Shown here piece after piece: positions 7,282 to 15,418 of a stretch of 20,000 bases of DNA. Position 1 is the first letter of the stretch. Each line of letters begins with the position of its first letter. Origin of the DNA: an uncultured virus (IMG/VR IMGVR_UViG_3300017593_000761) (taxonomy: Duplodnaviria > Heunggongvirae > Uroviricota > Caudoviricetes); IMG/VR virus record IMGVR_UViG_3300017593_000761; one strand, 5' to 3'. The position numbers and the translations under genes were made by a program. The notes beneath the pieces are model-generated. The model saw nothing but the letters and a program-made list of their open reading frames with translations, did not search any database and was not told the DNA's origin.

Positions 7282-9305
7282 ATTCCGCCTCCAAATCTAT
7301 TCAAGTTGGTTTGGGAAAGAATGTCCTCTATTTCTTTTAGAGGAGTATAAAACCATTTATTAAGGATAGTTCTATAATCAATTTCAGGAAGTTCATCAAT
7401 TATATCCTCATGAATAGCCAAATAGCCAATAGAATTATTCTTAGTTGGGACAATAGGAAGCTTCTCGCCTGCATAATACGGTATGCGATACAATCGCAGT
7501 CTGTTCTTTGCGGCTTTGAGATGAGACGTCTGCACTTTGGGTGAGGTTGAAGAGAGGCGTATCCATTCGGCTATATCCATCACATTCTGCTTCTTTATTT
7601 CCTCTTGCACTTGAGACTTCAAAGCACGTAATTCCTCCCATTTGCTCTTGAGTATATACTCGTATGCCAACATAAGTGCATTCCTGATATACATGGGACA
7701 TGACGTTTTATTCACCACCGTCCCAGTTATCTTCAACTTGCCGTCTTTTGTGATGCCAAAATAGTTCTTCTTCTTATCGTAAAGAAACAAGACATCAAAC
7801 TCTTTATCTATATCGAGATTGAATTCCTCGCCCCATGTCTTATGCAATTCCTCATTCAGCTCATTCATTATTTTCACAGGCTCTGGGTGGACTATCATCA
7901 TTGCATCAGTATCTCCCGCTAATATGGGAATGCCTCGTTCTTCTACACGTTTCCAGATATATGTCAGGAGGGCTCGCTCATGTGAAGTTACCTCAGCTGC
8001 CAGCTTCCTGTTATAAAATCGTGATTTTGAATACCCGAGTATCCCTATACAGGCATTAAGTAGGAATTTATATGAGGTATTCCATATCTGACTTTGAGTG
8101 TCTCCTCTTTTCTTGTATAGCTTCTTGTATTCGAGCCTTCTCTCAAACAATTCCCGAATGGTCTCTGTGAGTATGCCTGGATTCCTGATATCCCTATCGG
8201 GCGAGATATTGAAGTGCATAACAATAGATGGGTAGAGTGACGTAAAATCTAACACCGTGACGCCCCGATGCAGACCCTTCTGTGGTTCTCTAACTAGTGC
8301 ACCTTTATACTTTTTATGCTTCACTCTTCCCTTATTAGGCAATACATATTTGTTGTGGTATCGCCTCAAGAGATACGCCTCGATGATACTGCTCCTATTC
8401 ATAATGTCTATGGTATTAAGAGGCACAAGATTCTGAAATGAGAAGACCAACTGTGAGAGTTTCAACTTCTCGTCTATTTCCTTAGTGAGGGTTACATCTT
8501 CTATACAATGAAGGAGCTCTGGTAGAGATGGGTCTTTCCTCCTTCCGAGCACAAGATAAGCAACGTGGTCAAGGAAATATCGTCCTCCTCGCTCTCCAAA
8601 TTCTCGATACGCTCTCATCAGGTCTAATGGCTGACTTTCTCCTATCGTATATTCATCATGGTATTTCCTAAATACGCTCTTGTCTCTGGCACGATTGAAC
8701 ATGTAGGTTAAATCGAAATTACTTGAGTTCCACCCAATAATCACATCGAAATCCAGCGTCTTACAGAACGAGAAGAAGGACTTCAATAACTGTTGGTCAT
8801 CATCAAATACAAAAGCCTTAACGCCGTCTATTGCATAATCTCGTAATACGAAAGGATAATGTCGCTGAGTGAAGCTATCATAAGCATCAATCACGGTGAT
8901 GGGAAGGGGAGCATTCTCAGTGTCGAGAGAACCATTTCCTCGCTCCACTTCGATATCAAAATAAAGTATCCTCCTGTTTAATCCAAACGTTAAATTAGAG
9001 TCTATCAAGTAGCGAGTCAAATAAGGAATGTCAGACTCCATACTAAAACTGACATTTCGTTTTCCTGTCTCAAGGTCTTTTATTGAATTGAATGAAATCT
9101 TATCAAGAGGCTTGTTGTCATAAGAAACGTATCCCTTCTCCCGTGCAACGTGAGGAAATGAAACCTTTTCTTCTGGTCTCACATAGAAATAAGGATACTT
9201 TCCGTTTCGCACTGAGTAGGTTACCTGAGAACCCTCCCGAAACTTCAATTTAACGGAAGGTCTTGAATTCCGTGAACCAATTAGAGAAGCATTCACAAGT
9301 TCCAT
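7278..9305 (-). CDS. polB: Family B DNA polymerase (RNA-primed, archaeal PolB3-like, compact)
   Basis: N-terminal PYFYV and ESDIP...RYLID; ExoI FDIE, ExoII NxxxFD, ExoIII HCIED; motif A DFTSLYPS, motif B KxxxNACIG, motif C GDTD, KKNY; C-terminal PIP-like QTNLNRF. Confidence 0.95.
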   Translation of the reverse strand: MELVNASLIGSRNSRPSVKLKFREGSQVTYSVRNGKYPYFYVRPEEKVSFPHVAREKGYVSYDNKPLDKISFNSIKDLETGKRNVSFSMESDIPYLTRYLIDSNLTFGLNRRILYFDIEVERGNGSLDTENAPLPITVIDAYDSFTQRHYPFVLRDYAIDGVKAFVFDDDQQLLKSFFSFCKTLDFDVIIGWNSSNFDLTYMFNRARDKSVFRKYHDEYTIGESQPLDLMRAYREFGERGGRYFLDHVAYLVLGRRKDPSLPELLHCIEDVTLTKEIDEKLKLSQLVFSFQNLVPLNTIDIMNRSSIIEAYLLRRYHNKYVLPNKGRVKHKKYKGALVREPQKGLHRGVTVLDFTSLYPSIVMHFNISPDRDIRNPGILTETIRELFERRLEYKKLYKKRGDTQSQIWNTSYKFLLNACIGILGYSKSRFYNRKLAAEVTSHERALLTYIWKRVEERGIPILAGDTDAMMIVHPEPVKIMNELNEELHKTWGEEFNLDIDKEFDVLFLYDKKKNYFGITKDGKLKITGTVVNKTSCPMYIRNALMLAYEYILKSKWEELRALKSQVQEEIKKQNVMDIAEWIRLSSTSPKVQTSHLKAAKNRLRLYRIPYYAGEKLPIVPTKNNSIGYLAIHEDIIDELPEIDYRTILNKWFYTPLKEIEDILSQTNLNRFGGGI

Positions 9306-10072
9306 TCTAAATACTCCTCCAAACTTCTTTGATTCCTATCTCGTCCTAAAATTCTTTCTTGTGCTATTTCACAGTATTTTTCTGATATTTCAATGCCTAT
9401 CCACTTACGGTTCAGCCGCTCACATGCCACTGCCGTTGTGCCAGACCCGAGAAAAGGATCCAATACCAGCATGTCTTCTGCTGTATGATTCTTGATAATT
9501 CGGGAGACTAAGTCCAGTGGCTTTTGGTTCTGATGTAACTGTTCAGCGCCAGAGACTCTTCTGAAGAACCAGACATCGGACAGCCTCTTATCAGACACGA
9601 ACCGAGAGCGTCCTTTACTTCCATAAATGATCATCTCATACTGCTGCCCATACTGAGCTTCCAAATCCCCTGCCGTCCAGTTGTTCTTTACCCACACTAT
9701 AATGTTCTTGATCTTGAATCTGGTCTTAACGTATCTTTTGAACACGTCTACGGTCTTCCACGAACAGAACGTGTATATGGCAGCATTCTTCCGTAGAATC
9801 CGGAACGCCTCTCTCAGGAAGAACTTTATCAGGCTTGCATGCTTTATCGAATCGTTATATATTGGCGAACAGAACTCATGTCCCCGGTCTTTACGATAAT
9901 TGGTCTCGTAGCCTATCAGATAGGGAGGGTCAGCTATCACCAAATCTACACTTTGAGTCGGAATAATGTTCATTACTTTCAGGGAGTTACCACAAAGCAG
10001 CACTCCGTTCTCTGTATGGAAGTAGTGATATTTGCTATCAATCAGTTTCTTTCTTAACTCTTCCCAATTCAT
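9293..10072 (-). CDS. DNA amino-methyltransferase (N6A/N4C), beta class
   Basis: DPPY precedes HxxQKP and DPFLGSGTT. Confidence 0.92.
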   Translation of the reverse strand: MNWEELRKKLIDSKYHYFHTENGVLLCGNSLKVMNIIPTQSVDLVIADPPYLIGYETNYRKDRGHEFCSPIYNDSIKHASLIKFFLREAFRILRKNAAIYTFCSWKTVDVFKRYVKTRFKIKNIIVWVKNNWTAGDLEAQYGQQYEMIIYGSKGRSRFVSDKRLSDVWFFRRVSGAEQLHQNQKPLDLVSRIIKNHTAEDMLVLDPFLGSGTTAVACERLNRKWIGIEISEKYCEIAQERILGRDRNQRSLEEYLEWNL

Positions 10073-10785
10073 TTTAGGAAATTTATTAAGGTCTTTTGGT
10101 GTTTATCATATCCTAATACCCGCTTCTGGATTATCTCACAATAACGTTCCGAAATCTCAATACATATCCATCTGCGGTTATGCTTCTCGCATGCCACTGC
10201 GGTTACACCTGTGCCTGCAAACGGATCCAGTATTAATTCTTCTTCCTTAGGACTGCCACGAAGTAGTAATCTTTCCCAAAATTTGAGCGGTTTGGGACAT
10301 GGATGCTCATAGGATTGGTTATCTAACCCTGTTGCCTCTATTATATCGCTTCTCGCTCCGAGTCCTTGAGTTAAGTAGGGGTCCTTACCATACGCGAGTA
10401 TAGGTTGCCATTGAGCAAATCCCCACTTGCCTCTTGAGTTCGTCGTCTTATAGACCCAAGCAAGAATCCAATAAGGAGGTGGATAAAGAGAGATGTTAGT
10501 GAGACCACAGGTTAATAGCATGACTTTGCCTACTCGCACAGCTTGAGGCATGAATTTCTTAATAAGAGCCTTGAGGTTCTCTTTGATATCCTCATAATTA
10601 TCGTATTGCTTTCCTAATGCGTAAGGAGGATCTGTCAAAATCAAATCTATACTTTTATCGGGGAGCATCTTCATGATTTCAATACAGTCCCCGAGAAGCA
10701 TAACTCCTCGATCGGTATGAAAATAATGATATTTGGAGTTAATCAACTCACAATACAATTTATACCAGTCGGTGTGTTCTGTCAT
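10069..10785 (-). CDS. DNA amino-methyltransferase (N6A/N4C), beta class; paralog of 9293-10072
   Basis: DPPY, HPCPKP and DPFAGTG motifs. Confidence 0.92.
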   Translation of the reverse strand: MTEHTDWYKLYCELINSKYHYFHTDRGVMLLGDCIEIMKMLPDKSIDLILTDPPYALGKQYDNYEDIKENLKALIKKFMPQAVRVGKVMLLTCGLTNISLYPPPYWILAWVYKTTNSRGKWGFAQWQPILAYGKDPYLTQGLGARSDIIEATGLDNQSYEHPCPKPLKFWERLLLRGSPKEEELILDPFAGTGVTAVACEKHNRRWICIEISERYCEIIQKRVLGYDKHQKTLINFLK

Positions 10786-10854
10786 TTAGAAACAACCGGA
10801 ACAGAATAACATAGAAGTTTCCATTGAGCATCCTTCCCTGCGTTATTACATCAA

Positions 10855-10962
10855 TTATTGCTCACTTGCACATATTTGGCACAGAACAAAATATTTCATC
10901 TTGGACATAGTTTTATATAGGCTCTAATAGATAATTTGCATGACGCTTATATATGTGCATCT
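10855..10962 (+). repeat. Dispersed intergenic element, copy 3
   Basis: Five blocks match copy 2 at a near-constant offset of 5566-5568 nt: 10872-10878, 10883-10892, 10907-10915, 10929-10940 and 10954-10962. Confidence 0.78.
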
Positions 10963-10994
10963 CATAGGAAATTTACAATATTGCATTGAACATT

Positions 10995-11228
10995 TCAGAC
11001 TCGTCTAATACGAATTCCATGAATAGACTTTAAAGCCTCTATTCGAGATTTCACCGTTTCTTCATCGTCTCCAACTACGCGAATCCATATACAATCCAAA
11101 CGATCTCGTCGGTCTGCCAGTGTGTCTTTTCCGTCAAACCAACTATCTATACTTAGAAGACAGGAGAGCCTAATCTTGCTAATCAAATCCGCAACATTAG
11201 CATAGAACTGTTTCATGCTATCTATCAA
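10995..11228 (-). CDS. Hypothetical protein
   Basis: 77-aa ORF co-oriented with its neighbours; start overlaps the upstream stop. Confidence 0.55.
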   Translation of the reverse strand: MIDSMKQFYANVADLISKIRLSCLLSIDSWFDGKDTLADRRDRLDCIWIRVVGDDEETVKSRIEALKSIHGIRIRRV

Positions 11229-11437
11229 TAAAGAGGGAAAAGGTCGAGTTTTTCACGTAAATCTTCGGGAGTTAATTCGCCATGCTTTCTCTGAAACTCT
11301 TCTACCTTCTTGGGAAGTTCTGGGTCTGACCAAACCTTATCCAAAATTTCTTCTATTTCCTTTATCTTCTTCTTTCTTTGAGATACCCTATCTTCTTTCA
11401 TTTTAATCTTCCTTTCTTGATTATTTATAAATATCAT
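11225..11437 (-). CDS. Small charged hypothetical protein (start possibly 11401)
   Basis: E/K-rich ORF, co-oriented with its neighbours. Confidence 0.65.
   Translation of the reverse strand: MIFINNQERKIKMKEDRVSQRKKKIKEIEEILDKVWSDPELPKKVEEFQRKHGELTPEDLREKLDLFPLY
11422..11433 (-). promoter_or_regulatory. Palindromic TATA-like box TATTTATAAATA
   Basis: Perfect 12-bp palindrome containing TTTATAAA, about 25 nt upstream of ATG 11401, which fits archaeal promoter spacing. Confidence 0.4.
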
Positions 11438-11484
11438 CTCCCAATAAAATCCTTTATTTGGTATTGTCCTTAAAGTGTAATCTC

Positions 11485-12678
11485 CTAAAATCCTATTCTC
11501 TCTATCACGGAGGGCTCTTCACCTAACTTTGTCTGTGCGACTAAAGGCTTGAGCCTCTGGTATGCCATCTCACAATATTCCTCGTTTGAGTCTATTTGAA
11601 TGCTGTTGAATCCCGTTTGTTCGGCAACTACTCCCACTGTCCCAGTTCCTGCGAAAATATCCATCACAACTCCATTTGGAGGACATCCCGCAAGAAGACA
11701 GGAGGACACAAGAGATCGTGGGAATGCAGCCCAATGTGGAAGAGAACTCGGCTCAAGATTAATTTGCCAAACGTTAGGACGGTTAGCTCCGGTTAAATCT
11801 CCCTGATTAACACGCTCTGCGAAGTGACGTGCTCCCGTATGTTTCATAGCACCTTGAATATCTCCTTTGGTTGGATTGAATGCGTGTCTAACTCGTTCTC
11901 GTGTTGCTTCTTTAAGAGGTGTTCGTATGGCGTCTTGATCCCAATAGTAACGTGGACTTTTTACCAATACGTATACGGGCTCATAAGTGAATGCACATCT
12001 ATCGTTTGCAGATGTGGGCATAGCAGAACCAATGGTTGTATTAGTTTTGGAAATCCAAATTTTCTTTGCCCAAATTATCCTGTCTCGAAGTCTCAATCCT
12101 AACTCATCTACGCATCTGGCAATAAATCTTTCATTTTGTAAACATAAGGACTTGGGAGGAATTTCATTAGTGACACATCTTCCTTGATGCTCTCTATATT
12201 TGAAGCTATTCCATCCCATTCCTCCTGTTCTTACGTTTGAACTTGAGGCATAAGAATCTCCTTGGTTCCAAAATATCACTCCCGTCTTCTTGAGAACCCT
12301 CTTCAGTTCTTTCATTATGTCTAAGAGATGATTGATATACATCTCCAAAGATGGCTCGAGTCCAAGTTGTCCATAAAAAGCTCCGCATCTCTTACAGAAT
12401 TTCCCGCTTGAAAAACTCTTATGTTCTGCATCCTTCGTGACTGTGGCTATATCAATTATGTTTGAGCTTATGCCGTGATGGGGCTTACTAAATTTTCTTG
12501 AGCAATCTTCCCATTCGTGCTCACAAGAAGGATTGCCATTCCAGATTGTGTATGTGCTTTCTCCATAATCTCTTAACCCTCCCCAGTAAGGTGGAGAAGT
12601 AACAACACAATCAATGCTTTCATTAGGTAATGTCTTCAACACATCCAGCACATGTCCACAAATTATCGTGTGCTTCAT
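11485..12678 (-). CDS. DNA amino-methyltransferase, beta class, SPPY type (likely N4-cytosine), with Cys/His insertion
   Basis: TSPPYW, CEHEW...CKRCG insertion, GQLGLEP, HxAxFP and DIFAGTGT motifs. Confidence 0.9.
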   Translation of the reverse strand: MKHTIICGHVLDVLKTLPNESIDCVVTSPPYWGGLRDYGESTYTIWNGNPSCEHEWEDCSRKFSKPHHGISSNIIDIATVTKDAEHKSFSSGKFCKRCGAFYGQLGLEPSLEMYINHLLDIMKELKRVLKKTGVIFWNQGDSYASSSNVRTGGMGWNSFKYREHQGRCVTNEIPPKSLCLQNERFIARCVDELGLRLRDRIIWAKKIWISKTNTTIGSAMPTSANDRCAFTYEPVYVLVKSPRYYWDQDAIRTPLKEATRERVRHAFNPTKGDIQGAMKHTGARHFAERVNQGDLTGANRPNVWQINLEPSSLPHWAAFPRSLVSSCLLAGCPPNGVVMDIFAGTGTVGVVAEQTGFNSIQIDSNEEYCEMAYQRLKPLVAQTKLGEEPSVIERIGF

Positions 12679-12785
12679 TTCTGTTCGGGAATCTTAATAA
12701 CGTAAAGACTATAACAAAATGGGCAATAGAAGTAGCCACATTCTAATCTTACCAATTCCGAACCGCATATTGGGCATTCTAACAT
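12675..12785 (-). CDS. 36-aa zinc-ribbon microprotein (not in ORF track)
   Basis: MLECPICGSELVRLECGYFYCPFCYSLYVIKIPEQK*. It exactly bridges the primase stop and the MTase start (ATGA overlap). Confidence 0.75.
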   Translation of the reverse strand: MLECPICGSELVRLECGYFYCPFCYSLYVIKIPEQK

Positions 12786-13630
12786 TTGTGCTTCCTCCAC
12801 TTACACAGCTTCGGGATGCAATATCCTTGCTTCCTGATAGTGCCACACGATGGGATTTTATACTTCTTGCTTCTAATCTGATTGATTTGATATGCTGTTA
12901 CTTCCTCATCCCAGTCTTCCCAACCATAGCCTTTAGCTTCCTCAATCAACTCTGCATCAGTCTTACCCTGTGCTATTCTCAAAGAAGCCCAAGCAAACCT
13001 TATGAATTGGGATGGGTGTCCCTCCCGAATGAAATACTCAATGCAAGGACGATAGAGTTCTTGAGGAACATCTTTAGGAATGGATTGGAACACGTGGATT
13101 TCTTCGCCATCAAGCAAATCAAATGGATTAACGAATTTGGTTATCTTCTGCCGTATGATTCTCACTCGCCGATTCAATTCTGGATAATAACTTCCTGGTA
13201 AACGCGCTAAACCATTTATGACACCATCGGTGATATCATCATAGTGTTCAATGCCAACAGTCTCAATAACATAATCAGAGATATTCCTGAATACATTGGA
13301 GTCCATTTCAACTGGTGAAAGATGCAAATAAAAATGATATCCTCTTTTAGGTTCTGCTATTGTGAATGAGAGACCACGACGATTAGCAAAATCTTCAAGC
13401 TTTTTTATTTCTCGCTCTGCTATGCGCTTTTTACAATCAAAATCATAAAAAAGGTATAATGGGAATGCTTGTCTATCTTGGAACATGCTGATGCTTCCGT
13501 AAAGAGGTTCTTTCTGTATCAGGTATCTCATAATCTCGGATGATGACGTCACTGGGAATTGCTTGAGGTCTGCTTTAGCTATTCTGCGATAAAACCCATG
13601 CGGGAGATAATAGAACAAATCGTAATTCAT
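12779..13630 (-). CDS. Archaeo-eukaryotic primase, PriS catalytic domain fused to the PriL Fe-S C-terminal domain
   Basis: AEP motifs YDFD, RGYHFY and D...RLPGS. C-terminal PCI...RF...YQI..I....Y..PSC.TI...GYC....C carries four Cys. Confidence 0.85.
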   Translation of the reverse strand: MNYDLFYYLPHGFYRRIAKADLKQFPVTSSSEIMRYLIQKEPLYGSISMFQDRQAFPLYLFYDFDCKKRIAEREIKKLEDFANRRGLSFTIAEPKRGYHFYLHLSPVEMDSNVFRNISDYVIETVGIEHYDDITDGVINGLARLPGSYYPELNRRVRIIRQKITKFVNPFDLLDGEEIHVFQSIPKDVPQELYRPCIEYFIREGHPSQFIRFAWASLRIAQGKTDAELIEEAKGYGWEDWDEEVTAYQINQIRSKKYKIPSCGTIRKQGYCIPKLCKWRKHKC

Positions 13631-13809
13631 TCGTTGAGAATTTCTTTTAACGCTCCATTCTTAAATGCGAAAAGGAATTCTTTTACTGCCCTATCGAGGA
13701 CTTCTATCAAGGGAAGTATGTCTCTTGAATTACCTCTCTGTGTCATAGAAATCTCTATAAGAATGGATGGATTTTGGTATCTCAATGTGTACTTATTCTC
13801 TTCTATCAT
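13627..13809 (-). CDS. Hypothetical protein
   Basis: 60-aa ORF with ATGA overlaps at both ends. Confidence 0.65.
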   Translation of the reverse strand: MIEENKYTLRYQNPSILIEISMTQRGNSRDILPLIEVLDRAVKEFLFAFKNGALKEILNE

Positions 13810-13961
13810 ATCCGTGTCAGCTCTTCATAGTCTGCTTTGCTTATCTCTTCAACGACAGTTCGGGTAAGAAGCACAATAGCCTCCTTTAGTTCATCAATAT
13901 CCTTTGCGAGTTTAATATTTATTAGTTTCTTCTCTATTTCTTCCTTGTTTATTGCTAACAT
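13806..13961 (-). CDS. Small helical hypothetical protein (51 aa, not in ORF track)
   Basis: MLAINKEEIEKKLINIKLAKDIDELKEAIVLLTRTVVEEISKADYEELTRI*; GGAG upstream; ATGA overlap with the next gene. Confidence 0.7.
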   Translation of the reverse strand: MLAINKEEIEKKLINIKLAKDIDELKEAIVLLTRTVVEEISKADYEELTRI

Positions 13962-13994
13962 ACTGCCTTCTCCAATAACAATTAAGACTTACGT

Positions 13995-14648
13995 TTAAAT
14001 TCCGCCTTTAACTACGAATATCCCTAAGCTATCAGCAACATCTTCAGCTGAATCTAAGACTTGCTCAAGTCTCGTGAGTATCTCTAAGAGAAGCAGTCTC
14101 TCTCCCTCTTCCCTAAATGCTCTTCTAACCAACCGTATCAACCAGCTTCTATACAGCTCGTCTCCTCTGTTCTCATTACGATTAATACCTTTGATATAAA
14201 AACTGATCTCGTCTTGATTTATCGAAACGTCATAGAGGAAATAAACAGCAAGTGTAATATCCCTTATGGTTGATTTAAAGAGAGGAACGAAATCATCCCG
14301 CATCTGCAATGCAAGAGTGTTTGGTTCTATATTCGCTATCCTCCAAGCAGCACCTTCAATGTTATCAATGATATTATCGAGATTGTGGAGGAACACTTGG
14401 ATATCGCCCTTCTCTTCCGTTACTCTTGTATGGTCATAAAGAAGCATCATGTTCAAATCGTGAACTATTCGGTCTGCACGTTCTTCCATTTCTTTTATAT
14501 TCGAGATTGTTTTGCTCGGATGCTCATTTGCTCCTAAATGCTCAAGAGCATCCACACTCTCCTCTATCACCGAAACCAGTTCTTGAATTGATTGAAGATA
14601 AGTTTCTGTCTTTCTCGGAATCAAATATCTTGAAATTCTTTTTAGCAT
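13995..14648 (-). CDS. DUF47 / PhoU-like phosphate transport regulator
   Basis: Duplicated ExxxD helices: EERAD, LDNIID, ENRGDELY and LEQVLDSAEDVAD. Confidence 0.82.
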   Translation of the reverse strand: MLKRISRYLIPRKTETYLQSIQELVSVIEESVDALEHLGANEHPSKTISNIKEMEERADRIVHDLNMMLLYDHTRVTEEKGDIQVFLHNLDNIIDNIEGAAWRIANIEPNTLALQMRDDFVPLFKSTIRDITLAVYFLYDVSINQDEISFYIKGINRNENRGDELYRSWLIRLVRRAFREEGERLLLLEILTRLEQVLDSAEDVADSLGIFVVKGGI

Positions 14649-15418
14649 TTAATCTCTTTCACCTCTCCTGGATTGGTAAATAATTTTCCTTTTCTTACTT
14701 CTTCTCTTAATCGTTTCAATCCTAATTTATAATAAGTCGGGTCTTTCTCAATTGCTATTGAATTCCTTCCCAAAGATTCCGCTACTACGCTTGTAGTGAA
14801 CATCCCCGCAAATGGGTCTAACACTATATCATTAGGAAAGCTCCAGTATTCCATGAGTTCCCTAATTACTTTACGAGGCTTGAGAGTGGGATGGTTGTAT
14901 CGCTTTCGTTCATCTCCAAGAGCCTTTGGTGCAACAATGTAATCAGGATGTTCCTTGAGGGATTTATTAAAGTGGTGTTCATTTCCTTTCTGGCGCGTTG
15001 CAATTATAAAGAGGATGGATGCACTGCTCCAAGCGTTGCTTCTAAACATCGGAATATATACGGGAGATATCCATACACCAATATTACGAATGTGACTTCC
15101 GTCCTTTTCAATTGCTTGCATTGTTCGTTCGGCTAATCGCTTACCCGTGAAAGTGATAAGAACTCCATTCTCCTTCAATATTGGTATGACAAGAGGAATC
15201 CAGTCTTCTGGGAATATCTCATTCTTGTCCCATTGACCAAAATCCAATGAATACTTTTGATTGTCTATGTTAAGACACGTCTCTTGAGAAATGTTGAAAG
15301 GTGGATCAGTCAGGATCAAATCCACAGAGCCTTTAGGTAATAACGGAAGTATCTTACGACAGTCTCCGTGAAATGCATAATGCCTGATTTTGTCCTTAGG
15401 AAACTCCAGCTTTATCAT
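14642..15418 (-). CDS. DNA amino-methyltransferase, beta class (DPPF, likely N6-adenine)
   Basis: TDPPFN, HPTLKP and DPFAG motifs. Confidence 0.9.
   Translation of the reverse strand: MIKLEFPKDKIRHYAFHGDCRKILPLLPKGSVDLILTDPPFNISQETCLNIDNQKYSLDFGQWDKNEIFPEDWIPLVIPILKENGVLITFTGKRLAERTMQAIEKDGSHIRNIGVWISPVYIPMFRSNAWSSASILFIIATRQKGNEHHFNKSLKEHPDYIVAPKALGDERKRYNHPTLKPRKVIRELMEYWSFPNDIVLDPFAGMFTTSVVAESLGRNSIAIEKDPTYYKLGLKRLREEVRKGKLFTNPGEVKEIKC

Noticed and set aside
7441..7701. Nested minus-strand ORF in polB (likewise 12206-12388 in the MTase)
   Set aside because: Alternative frames inside conserved genes, with no supporting motif.
2568..9305. Inteins or introns in NrdD or PolB
   Set aside because: Both proteins are shorter than typical homologs and lack intein junction or homing-endonuclease motifs.
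10786..10994. Decayed Cys-rich ORF in the intergenic gap
   Set aside because: Only fragments of about 20 codons exist, and the region is better explained by repeat copy 3.
9293..15418. Complete restriction-modification systems
   Set aside because: No recognisable restriction endonuclease or specificity subunit is adjacent. A divergent one among the small ORFs cannot be fully excluded.
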